In this document: positions 46,901-59,636 of the stretch, one piece after another
Numbering within the stretch: position 1 is the first letter of the stretch
Layout: every line of letters begins with the position of its first letter
From: Vitrella brassicaformis CCMP3155
Taxonomy: Eukaryota > Protista > Chromerida
DNA length: 64,000 nucleotides
Reading direction: 5' to 3'
NCBI GenBank assembly: GCA_001179505.1
Contig: CDMY01000821.1
Span: 62,001-126,000, forward strand
Translations under genes and position numbers: made by a program
Notes under the pieces: model-generated
What the model was told of the DNA's origin: nothing
Database searches by the model: none
Seen by the model: the letters and a program-made list of their open reading frames with translations, nothing else

Positions 46901-48209
46901 TGGGGACCCACCACATCGGGCCGGCCCCCACACACATAACATACTCGTGCATCTGTGTGTGTGTGTGTCCGTGTCTCACGATATCACCCACCTATTCAGT
47001 ATAGCAGCTGGTGCCGAGCGCATCATGTATTTCGACTATGTGGGCAACAGCGAAGACGAAGAGGGCGTAACCGACCAGCGGGTGGGCACTCGCGCCCACA
47101 CCCAGATGAATGCAGGACCTTGTAGCATCTGTGTGTGTGTGTGTGTGTGTGTGTTGATAGGGTTGCTGCGACGCCCTGTACAACGACACGTCCGGCAGCT
47201 TATATGTGGTCAGCGCCCGCAGCGTGCAGGGGTGGGACCTGCAGCAAGGCGCACTCACCAAGGTCACTGACACAGACAGACGACGGTCATGAACCTGTGA
47301 GTGAATGAATTGATTGTATTGTATTGTGTGTCTCGCTGTCTGCAGATGTTGCGTGAGGTGAATCCCAACGAGATCACCGCTGCCTGCTTCGACATGAATC
47401 AACGGAAGATATACACCGGTACGTGGGTGACCGACCGTATCTACCGCAGTAATACATACAAGCGATGAATGACCGGATGAATTAATCAATGAGTGCAGGT
47501 GATGCCGCTGGTGCCGTGCGGTGCTTCAACCTATACAACGGCTACTTGATTCGCGAGTTCCACACACACACAAAGGTAGGGACAAGGAAGGGTCACCGTA
47601 AACACCACACACGTGCACACACACACACAACAACTGCATCCACACATCCACGTGTTGTCTGTCGGCAGGATGTGACGTGCATCGCTGCCGTTCCCGGCAC
47701 ACGCACCCTGCTGTCGGCTGGCTGTGACGGCAAGGTCAAAGTCCACTCTGACGACATCAATATCCGGTACACACCAATGAATGAATGCACTCACACGCCC
47801 ACCCACCCACACGCCCACCGGCCCAAAACCAATACACACACGAGCCGCCATGTCTCTCTGTCTATGTCTCTGTGTGTGGATTGGATGCCTGTCGCTCGCC
47901 ATGCAGTGGTCGTCAGGGTGTGCTGCGTGCTGAGATGGCGGCAGGTGGTGAGGGGGAGGCCGTCAGGTGCCTCGCAGTGTCCGCACAGATCCATCTCGCT
48001 GCTGCTGGTCAGCCTCACACCACACCCGGACATGTCCATAGTCTCAACGCCACGCCCGGTGCTGTGCTTGACTGCGGTGGGTGTATGCAGGCGTGGAGTG
48101 CCGGGTGGAGCTCATCTGTCTCAAGAGCCTCAGACGAGAATCGACACTCGAACCCGTCACGTCAGTCAGTCAGTCAGGGCTGGCGAAGGGTCAAGGGGAC
48201 TCTTGCCAA

Positions 48210-48245
<36 letters not shown>

Positions 48246-51200
48246 TTGGCCAGTGGTGCAGTGACGGCCCTGGCTTTCATGGAGGAGCGGCCGATACTCG
48301 CCGTGGGAGACGCCGGTGAGTCACTCAGTGCGACACACACCTGCCGAAGGACAAGATTTTCTCCTGTGTGGTCGGCTCGGTGCAGGCGGCAGCATCAGTC
48401 TGTGGCTGACGCGCCCGCACTCAATGGAGGGCACATGCGTAAGGGGGACAGAGACACCACACACAGATTGATGGACGTGCATCGCATCTGCCCATCCCCT
48501 GTCCAACCAATGAACACAGATGTACACCTTTGAGAACCTGGATGCGATAGTGCGGCGGATGGCCATCGCAGACCACCACGAGGACGGCCGTGCATCCACA
48601 CGTCCCAGCATCGTCAGCGGCAGGTCAGGCAGCCCCATACCACCAGCACATCAACACCATCAACAGCACCAGCAGCATCGGTCTGCCGTCCCCTCCCCCT
48701 CCACCGCCCCCTCATCCGACCGTGTGTTGTCGCCATGCGCCCTCACGGCCCTCGTCTTCGACGAAGCTAGGGGCACTGACGCCCTCTACTCCGCCGACAC
48801 ATCCGGCAGCATCCGGTGGTGGCAGCTCACTCGCGTGTTCGATGCGCCGCAGTACCAGCCCCTCACCCTCAAGGCCTTCCAGAAGGCGGCCACGTCCACC
48901 ACACACAGCCTGGCCCCCAGCAGACACCAGACCATGGTGGCCGGGTCACACGAGCTCATGGCACATGTGATGACGGCTGGTGGTGCTGGTGCGGGTGTGG
49001 GCGTGGGTGTGAAGGCCAAGTCGCCCTCGGCTAGGCTGGCGCACGCACACGCACACGCCCATGGTGGGCGGCGCGGATCGGCCAAGGGCAAGGTGCACCA
49101 TCGGAAAGTGATCATCAGGGATGGGCTGAGGGGGCACGTCGGCCAGACGGATCACGCTAGGTGGGTGCGCCAACAGACCAGAAAGGAATGTCGCGTTTGA
49201 TGGAAATATGGGATGCACTCTCTGTCTCTGTGTGTCTCCGTGGTCAGTGGCCCTGCGCGGGAGCAGCCAACGTTCATCACGGAACCGCCGGCAGGGGCCA
49301 ACGAGACCACCGACACCAACACACGCAAAGCAGACAGGCAACTGCCACACACACACATCCACACGAACTATAAACGGAGCTTTTTTTGCGCATTTGTCCA
49401 GGGCGGGCAGTGTCCGCGCCCCTCCTGCCAATGAGAGGGCGGCTTCCTCGTCAGTGCAGTCGCGTCTGGCTGTGCCGACGACTCACGGGGCCACGGCCAG
49501 CGACTCACGGGGGGACGCTACGGCCACCAGACACAACACTGGTGAGTTTGGATGTCGGGTCGGGGGGAGAGACGCGCTAACACACACACACACCGACGCC
49601 ACGCCCATCTTCATGTCTGTTGTCTGTCTGTATGGGTGTGCAGGTCAGCACCAGCGTCGGCTGCAGTCCAACGCTGGCAGCATCAGGCTGCAATTCAAAG
49701 AAGAATGTGCGTAGGACGCAAACCTCACACACACACCACACACACGAGAGGGAGAGAGACCCCTCATGGATGGGATGGCTGTGTGCTGCAGATCAGATGT
49801 CAGTCGATCTATTGGGCGAGGTGCAGGCCCACAACGACGCCGTCATGTCTTTGCGTGTGGTGCGGCCGCGGGAGTACAATGACGACGGCACTCTCATGGA
49901 CACAGCCGCGCCCGAGTGGGGGGCAAGGGCGTTCATTCTCTCGTGCGCACTCGACAAAAAGGTAGAGAGCCGTTCATTCATGCAACACACGTGCAGCGGC
50001 TGGTGTGTGATATGTGTGTGTAGGTGAAGGCGTGGTCGCTGCAGCTGGAGCCGCTGGGGTGTCTCGTCAAGGTCAGTCAGTCAGTCAGTCACACACACAC
50101 ACATACGCCACACCCACGGCAGCCATCGCATCACGTACCTGCCACCATGTACGCGTGAGTGAGTGTGGGTGTGTGCATGATCTGATCTAGTCTCCGAAGC
50201 ACCGCGAATGGACTGTGCCCTCCCAGGACGCGCAGCGGGCTCTCAGCAAACTCAGAGAAGCCAAGGAGGTCAGCCGACCAGCCATCTTGCCACAGACACG
50301 CGATTCCCGTGTGTATGGGTCTCCTCGCTCTCCACACAGCATTTGTCCGAGCTGGATGTGCCGCACATCCTCGCACGTCGAGCGTCGCTGCGTGAGGCGT
50401 TAGCCAACGCCCTGCCCTTCCCCGAGGCCGTCCCAGCCCTCCCATGGCAGCCGCCACACGGACCAACACACAGGGGGCCGGCCGGAGCACTCATGGAAAT
50501 CGGGCAGCAGACCAGAGACCTAAACTTTCCGCATCTCAAACGACTCGCAATCGATGACGGTACACACACACACATATACAGAGGGGGAGAGATAAGCAGA
50601 TGTGCGTGTGCGTGGCTAGATGAGTCTGAGTGTGAGGAGGAGTACCGTCCCGGCGGCGGACTGGGTGTGTTTGAGGACGCGGCGAGCCCCAAGAGGGGCA
50701 GGAAGAGACACGTGCCCTTGTCCATGATTGAGGACCGCATCGCCGAGTCGTCCCTGCGGCTGTTTGAGGACGGTATAAAGAGACAGGCTGCCGATGTCAC
50801 ACAATACAGGTGGGCCGGAGAGAGACAAGGTCGTCTGCCTGCCTGCCTTGCTGTCTGTGTGCCTATCTGTCTGTCTGTCTGTCTGTCTGTGTGTCTCACA
50901 CGTGCATGTGTGTGTCCACCCAGGCGCCATTCCCTCTCGGAAGACGAAGCCAAGGCCGCCGCACGACTTGCGAGGGTATGTATGGATGCCGATCCACACT
51001 CACAAACAAGCCAGCAAAGCACGTTTCTGTGTCTGTCTGTCCATCTGATCTGCGTGCCGCGTCATGTCTTTCTGTATGCATGCTGTGCGCAGCTGTTGGG
51101 TGAGGCCGGGCTGGACCCCTGCAACAGTTACAGCCTCTTCGCCTTCACCCTCCTGCCCTCCACCAGCGGCCACACCGCCACCACACACACCCACACAGCC

Positions 51201-51365
51201 CAGGACGACATGGGCCTCTCCTACTCGTGTGGGGGAATGAAGTCGACATGGGGCGGGCGGACGGAGGGAGAGAGAGGCGGTGAGGGAAGACAGTCTGTGT
51301 TGTCAGCGACGTTCAGTGTGGCGGGACTCAGGGAGCAGAGGAAGAGTGTCACGGTTGCCGAATGA
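43934..51365 (+). CDS. EF-hand plus WD40-repeat protein (WDR49/WDR64-like, probably flagellar), many exons; 3' end approximate
   Basis: EF-hand loop VDMNGDGKLTWE. WD repeats include EGHRGTAITCCW..IATTGADMTVSLW, LASCSDDSLIHLWD, LKGHHKGV..LFSAGLDQDALAWN, MKGHAHAL..IITADVAGTLRLWD and AHNDAV..FILSCALDKKVKAWS. The family assignment is from recalled domain architecture. Confidence 0.8.
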
Positions 51366-51845
51366 GTGAAAGGCAGACATGAACCTCTGTCTGCGTGCGT
51401 CGTTAGGTGGATGGATGGATGGACGGATGAGTGCATGTGAGTGGAGTGGAATGGACGTCCATCGATCCATTCATGGGATGAACCTTTTACATGTACGTGA
51501 CATGTCTCAAGTCTGCACTCACCCAGGCCGGCAAGGGAGAGCACACACCGATGAGACAGACGTCCACACGACGGGTGACGAGCAAATGGGGTGGTTTGCA
51601 AAGACACCACCATGCACACATGCACCAACACACAACACACATCATATACACACACATCCGTCAAAGTGAGGGCCGCGGCGAGTGCTGGTCACACTGCATG
51701 GCGACTCATACACAACCCAAGTGCTCATCGACGCGTTACTTCAAGTTCAGGTCAGTCGACTCCTTCAGTGTTCGTTCATTCCACATGGACTGTACGGCTC
51801 ATTGACAGGTCTCTGTCTCAGGGAAGGCCTACATGTACCTACCTA

Positions 51846-53288
51846 CTACACACACCAACTTCGTTTCTGCTGCTTTGGGGAGTCGTGCCCTCGTGCACAT
51901 GCACAAGGACACAAGGAAAGAGACCTCTTCTCGCGACGCTGAACCACCCCATCAGACGGAGAAGGCATCATTATGGCGTCTCGCGGGCTCACTGGCAGCG
52001 GCACCGGGTGATAGTGGCGATAGAGTTGGCCGCCGGGCTGGCTGAAGGGTGTTAACGTGACAGGGCTGACCCCGGGATGGATCGACGCGAGAGCAGGGGC
52101 AGAGGGGACGGCCGTGAATGGCGTGAATGGCGTGAGAGAGGGGGCCGGTATAATTCGCGGCAGAGATGGGTCATAAGACAGGCGCCTCTGTGCGACATGG
52201 ACCGGGCGCACTTGCTGGTGCAGCGAGCCGACTGATTTGCTGCGAGTGGGCATCTGCGGCGCCTTCTTGGCAGGAGGGGGGATCAGCCGACCAAGCCCGT
52301 TGGGGAGGCCTCTCTCGAATGTGATGTACTCGAACTCCCCTGAGTGGAGCCGGTCCGCAATCTTGGGAGACGACGGCCTGCCCTCCTTGGCTGCCGGGGG
52401 GCTGATCGGCGATTCAGCTGTCTCGCCGGCAGGCTGCGCCTCACCGATATCTTCTTCGGGCCCCTTCCCTTCGTCCGCTTTTTCTTCTCCCCCTTGCTTC
52501 TGCCTCTCCTCTGCCTCCTCAAAGCTCACGAAGCGGCTGGTTGGTTCCTCGGGCGCCTCGACCCGCTCCTCTCCTTCTGCTTGCTTCGTCTCCTCGGGTT
52601 CCTCCTCTGACTCCTCGTCAAAATCCTCGGCCTCGCCTGTAGAAGAGACAGACAGGGAGCCTACGTGGGTTCATGTATGTGTGAATGCGACAGCATGGCG
52701 CGTACCCTCTATGAACGGATGGAAGCTCATCCACCCCATCGGCGAGGCGGCATATGAGATCGGGCTGGACTCTGCAGAATGGCTCTCTCTTTCTCGCCTC
52801 ACATGGAATGACGTCTTCCGCATGCTCGCAAAAGATTGAAATTTGAGCGCACCAAACATCTGGAGGGAGAACATGGGAGACACCAAGTGGATGTTTCGGG
52901 TCTACTGATTCTCTCCTCACCTCATTGAGGCGGCCCTCATACTCCACACCCTTCCTCAGTGACATCTCAAGCGCCTTGCGCGCCTTCTCGAAACTCTGTC
53001 AAAACGCACACACAAGCCTATCATAGCTGGCGCCTCTACTGTTCTTGTACCTCCATGAGAGTCGCTCTCTCTTGCTTGAGCCTTTCAACGCGCTGCAGCA
53101 GAATCGCCTCGTTCTCCCGATGCTTGGCCAGCTCCTTGTTTTGTCGTTCATTCCGCTCCTGGTAGGAATGCACGTCCTCCTCAAGTTTGGCAATCTGACT
53201 GACGAGGTCAGGCTCCGACGGGCCCGCAGGGGGCGAGGGAAGAGGTTTGGCCGCCGCAGGGTGCTCCCCTCTTTCCTTCCCCAGCTCC

Positions 53289-53321
<33 letters not shown>

Positions 53322-53686
53322 CGTTTGCCCTTGGCCACCAGAGATAGCCGGCGGCTCGGATCCGAGTACTTGGACTCCGTAGACTCATCTCAATTCCTTG
53401 GGATCTTCCGGCTGTGCCTCTGGCGGGGCTTTGACCCTCCTCCCTTGAGCTGGACCAGGACTCCGTTTTGCACTGCCAGAAGGCGCTGAGACCTTGACGA
53501 TGGAGAACCTGCTCTTGGCGACGGCCTTGCTCCTCCCCTTCTTGGTGCCCTCTGCAGCCTGAGGCTCAGGGAGGAGGGGACGAGGCTGTGACGGGGCGTC
53601 TTCTTCCTGCACGGGACAAAGTCGGGAAGGCACTGGATGTCTCTTGCAACACAATTGTCGTGGTGTGCGGTCACCTGTTTGCTCAT
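51846..53686 (-). CDS. Hypothetical coiled-coil / acidic low-complexity protein
   Basis: MSKQ|EEDAPSQ.., coiled coil LVSQIAKLEEDVHSYQERNERQNKELAK..LKQERATLME|SFEKARKALEMSLRK, and an acidic exon EAEDFDEESEEEPEE. There is an apparent frame break near 53385. Confidence 0.55.
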
Positions 53687-53779
53687 TGCAGCTCCTTCGC
53701 CGTGGTGCAAGCTTGGGGGGGCGAAGTGGGGGCCCGGTGGAAAAAGACGCGCGGCAGAATAATCGGGCTGTTTGCACTG
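53687..53779. promoter_or_regulatory. Very short putative bidirectional promoter
   Basis: Inferred divergent ATGs at 53686 (minus) and 53780 (plus), 93 bp apart. Confidence 0.4.
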
Positions 53780-56700
53780 ATGGAGGTTACGGGGGCGGTA
53801 ATCGAGTTGTATCAAATGTGCCGCGCCGCGGCGTCCAAGCCGGCGGAGAGCGAACATGACAGCGGGCTCATCCACGTGGAAGATCTCAAGAAGATCCTGC
53901 TGCAACAGTTCCAGGACCAGACTCCCGACAAAAAGGCTGCCCTCGAGGCCTTCTTGGTGCGCAGGAAGTTCGGTCTGTCGGAGGAGATGGACTTCCTCCG
54001 GTACTGGAAAGACATGGAGACGCTGCTCGAGAGCATCGGCATACCGCTGGAGGAAGACGACACACAGCACAGCGGCGGCGATCGGGCCGAGGAAGACAAT
54101 CTCACTGCAATGCGACGGTTTCGAGACGGCATCCTGAAGCTGAAGGTCTCTGCTCATGGGCAGCTCCCTTTGTGCACGATCCGCGCTGTGCTGATGGATG
54201 TGAGGGATGCCGCCAAGGACCCCTTCTACTGGGACGAGGTCATGAACGAGCTGCCGGATGACGACTCGTATCTCTCTGTCAAGGAGGTCGGGGACGCTCT
54301 CTTCCAGTGGATGCTCGAGTACTGGGAGAAACGTACGTACGCATGTCTTCCGCATGAGAACCGATTCCCTACGCATCACCTTCTCCCCCTGTGCTTCAGA
54401 TGCCGATTCCACTGCTGAAGGCAGCCGCCGAGCCACCCATGAATCTGACAGGCTGCCTGGTGAAGAGCCGCAGCCCAGTCAGCTCCTTAACCGCCCATCT
54501 GGAGCCAGGGCATCCGAAGTGTCATCGATCGCTTCATCGTCGCGCGCCGCTTCGAGGCGACATCGAAGACGGAGCAGCAGTGCTGTGTCGCTGACGTCGA
54601 AGGTAAGTACGGGCATCGATCGTCTGGTGACGGGACACTCATTTGGTGTCTCTGTCTTGGTGTCTCTCACCAGCCTGACATAGGTTCCTCCCGTGCTGGC
54701 GTGTATGAGAGCCAGGCGACGCCCACAGGTAGACAAACCTAGACAGCACGGATCACCTGGTCTGCTCCTGAGGGTCCTGCTTTTCGTTTTAGGATCGCTG
54801 GATGCTCTGAAGGAAGAGCTGGAGAGACTGCAGAGGCACCTGGCCAAGACGTCAGCTGTGATATACGAAAAAGGCGGAACAGGAAACGTCCAGCGCCTGT
54901 TCGTGGTGTTGGTGTATGATTCTCTTCCAGAGATCGCAAGGACGGTCGAGTGTGGAAGCTGCTGTCGTCGATCCTCGCTCACCTGGCGACCGTCGAACCC
55001 CATCTGTCAAGCTACCACGAGGCGAGAAAGGGACAAAGATGCTGAGTCTTTTTTCTTTGGTTCCTGTCTGCAGGATCTTCGCAATGCCCGTCAGAAGCTC
55101 GGCCGCATGGCGGTACATTGCACTAACACGAAAGCCACGTCTGTCGCTCATGGGAGACACGGTCTCTCCATTGTAATTTGCTGCAGGAGATCACAGCAGA
55201 TTTGCAGAGGCGACTGAGGGAGGTACGCATTCGCTACACTACAAGCTGACCACGCGCGCATGATAAATGCCTTGTCTCTCGCAAAACGAGCGGCTGTGCA
55301 GCGACCAGCAGCAGGAGCTCGATCGGCTCTTCAACCAGGCGAGAGAGACACGAAAGCAAGCAGACGCTCAAGAGGAGTTTTTCTTCCTTTGTTCATCGGA
55401 CAGAATGAGTCAAGGCGTCGAGATGACGACGAACGCCTGGAGGAACTGCAGGTCATGCTGTCACTACAGCCCTCCTCAGCTGTCTTTCTGCATGGCCACC
55501 TGTCCGTCCTTTGCAGAAAACGCGAGACGAGCTGAGGGCCTCGACACATCGAGCCACTGTCATGAGTGAGTCCCTGGAGTGCTTCAAGGCCGAAAGGGAG
55601 GAACTGCACCGGGAATGCGAAAGACTCGTGAGTCACAACCGCTCTGCCGTCACAGGCCTCACCTGACTGTGCTGTGTGGCGTTTGGTGTGTGCAGCGTCG
55701 CCATATTGCCCAGTCGTTCAGCGCGTGCCTCCAAGCAGACCTGCAGCACCAACAGGCAGAAACCATACAGGAACTACAAACTGGTACACGGGCAGGGCCG
55801 ACCAAAGTGTAGTGCAAGAACCCTCATGTGCCTGTGGCCGCTGCGTCTCCAGAGCTGACTTCGTTGCGTGAGGCCATGTGCAAGGCCGAGGAAGACAGAA
55901 ATGTCCTGCAAGGTACAGGCGGGAAGAAGAATTGTTTCCTACAATTTGTCTCTCTGCTTCTTGAAGAGTCTCTGCGTTCCTACGCCGCCTTTGCCATTGA
56001 AAATGATGAAGTACCAATTGTCGTCTGACAAATCGCCCAAAGTGAGCGGGGAAATGTGTGTGTCGGGTGATCAGGTGGCCACAAACCTCGATCGCGCTTC
56101 TCAGGAGGTATGCAAATTGTATTTGAGAGAGACTGCGTCAGGGCCAGCTTACCACAAACTCCTCCTTCTGGATGAAGCAGCCAAAGTGCAGCATTGAGCA
56201 CGCCTCTGCAATGCAGCAGAGGATCGCCGTGCTGGAACAACACCTCCAGGTGGCACTCATGGGTGACGAGATCAAAGACTCTCATCAGGCTATCTCACGC
56301 TTTGTGCGCTGCATTCAATCGTGCAGGCTATGGCCAAGAATCTCAGCGAAAAAGAGGTATCTTTCGAGATGCTTTTGAAGTCGTTGTCTCCCGCAATGCT
56401 ACTGACCAGGATCAGCTGAGAAGAGCGACTGATGGCGAGAGCGAGAGACTCAAAGAGGTGCGAACTTCAGACTGCTGTGCTCGACCCATGCTGAGCATCC
56501 TCTCTTACATGCAGGTCGAGTTGCTGACTCAGAAGGTCCGCCAGGCCGAGCAGCTGCTGGAACAGACAAGGGCCACAAGAGACCAGCTCATTCAAGCAGG
56601 TAAACGCCAATTCATTCTTGAACAGACACTCTCGGGTTGTCTCTCTATGCAGTCCAAACGATGGGGATAAATCTGCACGCATCTAAGCAACGCAATGTTG

Positions 56701-58633
56701 ACGGTAGGTGCATACGACAGGAAGGAACACGAGCTGCTGTCTTGGCTTGCACACCCATCGCCCTCTGTCATCCAGGCAATCGTGGCGTGAAGGGTCTGCA
56801 GACGTATGTCAAGGTTCTGCACAAGAACATCAGCCAGCTCGAGACAGACATACACCAGCTGTACGGAGGACAGCACAAAGGACATGTGCCATGTCTCTGA
56901 ATTTTCCTGTGTATTTTCGTTGTTTCAGGCGCGCTCACTGGCAATCAGCAGAGGCGCCAGACATTACCATGGTGAGGAATGACTATTGTGTTGGACATCT
57001 TTTCTCCCTTTACCCATTTGCCCAGCCCGAGCCCATCTCGTCGAGCCTCCAGGACCAGATCCTGCGAGCCATCGGTACGCACAGGAACGACAACAGCGTG
57101 GACACTGTGCACCATGGCTGGTTGCTTCAGGCGATCCTGCCGACAGGTCTCAGATGGAGGAGCTGCAACGGGCAGTGCAGGAGAAAGATGACCACATACA
57201 GGCATGCACTCGCTACGAAGAAGCCAAGATCCCCATGGATGCATGTCTCTGTCCGTGTGCTGCAGACCTTACGGCAGCAAATCACGAGCAATGAGGAAAC
57301 GCTAGGTGCCCCACACGGATCGACAGCCACCTTTCATACATCCTGTGTCTTTTTGTGGACCAGCTCTTCTGCAACGCCAGCAGGAGGATCGCGAAGGCCG
57401 CTTGGAGAAGCTTAAAATTATGATACAACAACGAGACGAAGAGATACAGGTACTTCACATCTCACGGGCAGCAGTCGCAGCAGTCTCAACACATATCGTC
57501 GTCTGTGTGTGCAGCAACTGAAGGCGCGGACTGAGGCTGAGAGTGAGGAAAAGGTGCTGGTGCGTCGGTTGAGGGACGAGGTGCGGGTGCTGCAGAGCGA
57601 GAAGGAGGCACTCGAGCAGGAAAACGACCGCAAGGCATGTGACGATTGCAGCTTTCTCGTCAGCCACAGAATTGGGAATGCACGACTTTGTGAATGTACA
57701 GGGTTGCGTGTCTGAGAGTGTGTTCAAGATAGAGGAGAGAAAGCTCATTAAGCGGATACAGCAGCTGGAGAAAGATCTGACCGTGGGGCATATAAGCCAT
57801 TCAAAAAGACGTGCGCAGAAACAACTCAGGATGTTCCCTCCATTCCGACAGACGAAAGAGGCGATGCTCAAGAGGCTTCGTCAGCAGGTGGGTATCCAGG
57901 TCACATTCCCGAAGCGACAACTTGCAAATGCCCCAGAGTCTTTTTCTCTCCGGTGGTCTGCTCAGCTTGAAGAGAAGAGCTCCAAGGTCCGCCGACTGCA
58001 GCAAGAGATAGACGAAGTAAGTTAAAACAATCAGGCACCCACACCCTCCTGAGCAGACCATGCATCGCTCCCTCCTTATCCAGGCCCGGAGATCCGAGCA
58101 GCCAGAAGGTGAGCAAACATCGAGACGCAAGCTAATGATTTTCATCTGAGATGATTCTCCACTGTACGACTGCGTTTGGCAGGCACTGTGGAGACATGGC
58201 AGAAGAACTCTTCCCGGCTTCCGTAAGCCTGCCATCATCTCCCGCCAGTACGTTGCATCCATCCCTCCCTCCCTCTGTCTGTGTGCAAAAGCCCTCTGCG
58301 CGGCTGGTCAGAGGACTCAGACTTCGATTCCTTCAACAGACGAAAACGTACATACACAACTTACGACGTGCATTCCAGACACCCTCACGCAGACAACCAC
58401 CCTGATTGTCAGGCGTGCCATTCCTCTCCGATGACCCGCCAAAGGCTGGCGGCGATGGGACGCCACATGGCAAGTCGAGGAGGCGCGCGCAAGGACACCG
58501 AAGCAGGGGAAATACCCTGATCAGAGGTGAGGGAAAGAAAGGGGATACGCGAGTGACCCAGCGCCTCGCATTTCTTCCAGAGCGGCGCAAACGGCTCCAC
58601 AATCGTCTGGCTGACAGCGACGGTGAGAGGTAG
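53780..58633 (+). CDS. Large multi-exon coiled-coil protein with an EF-hand-like N-terminal region; 3' end approximate
   Basis: First exon MEVTGAVIELYQMC..SGLIHVEDLKKIL..MDFLRYWKDM..LSVKEVGDALFQWM. It is followed by many short heptad exons such as SLDALKEELERLQRHL, VELLTQKVRQAEQLLEQ, LVRRLRDEVRVLQSEKEALEQEN and LEEKSSKVRRLQQEIDE. Confidence 0.65.
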
Positions 58634-59636
58634 TGAATCATCCACATTTTGGATAGATACGGACTACTCTGCCATGTCTGCAGGTAATCGCGCCCATCGA
58701 CATCGCTCTGATGCGAAGGAAGGTGAGGAGGCAGCCCAATATAAAACAACGTATCGTGACCTGCCGTGTCTCCTTTCTTGCATCAGACAAAGCATTGCTC
58801 AGCATCTTCTGGTGGCCGTGTGGTGAGCGCGGCAACACAAGGCACGGAACACACACACTCATATGCATTCACCCCCTTCCTTTCAGCCTCATTCGGTAAG
58901 CCGACCACACCTGTGACGACAGGCCGGCCACCAGAGCGTCGGTCGTCCAGTGGAGGGCGCGTTCGGCTTCACTCAGCGTCGCTGTCGAAACGCTTCAATG
59001 CCCAGCTCCAGAGAAGGCCGCAGGTGACGGTGAATGATCATTGAAAAAGTGAGGCATTGATAGGAAGTGATAGTGCAGCAGAGCTGTAGGTTGTCGGTGA
59101 GCTGATGAGGATAAAGGTGTGCGGTGTGGCAATGAATGTGACGCCGGGAAGAATGTGAGCAGTATGATAGTTTGTGTCGCTGGTATGAGACATGGCCAAT
59201 CAGACGTTAGATGATCACCCCCAGAGGCAAGAGAAGTCTGCCTATTCGAGCAATCAATAGTCAACAAGTGCATGATATGTTGATCGACACAGCCCCTTAG
59301 TCCACCCACACAGCCAGCTAAAGCTTCTGCTAAAGCACAAATATGTCTTCGGAGCCCTGCCATGCATGCCATGCACCAATCGGTCCCCTCGCCTACTTGC
59401 CTGCCTTCCTAACCACCCACCAATGGATCACAACCATCCTACCCCCTCTGCCTTTCGAAAGGGGCCTGACGACACAGACCTCCGCACCCGTCACTCATAC
59501 CGTGTCTCCCGCATTGTCACTCGGCGTCTTCATTCTGCTGCGGAGGATCACCTTCATTGACAGGGGCTGGCGGCAACACGTGCGGCAAACCCACTGTCTG
59601 TCTCCGCTGCAGCTGAAGCTCCGAATGAATGGTCTG

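Noticed and set aside
1-51900. Numerous short Cys/Val- or His/Thr-rich ORFs (CVCVCV, HTHTHT)
   Set aside because: They are translations of intronic (GT)n/(CA)n microsatellites, not metal-binding proteins.
53390-54436. 348-aa minus-strand ORF
   Set aside because: It is the antisense shadow of the GC3-rich first exon of the plus-strand coiled-coil gene.
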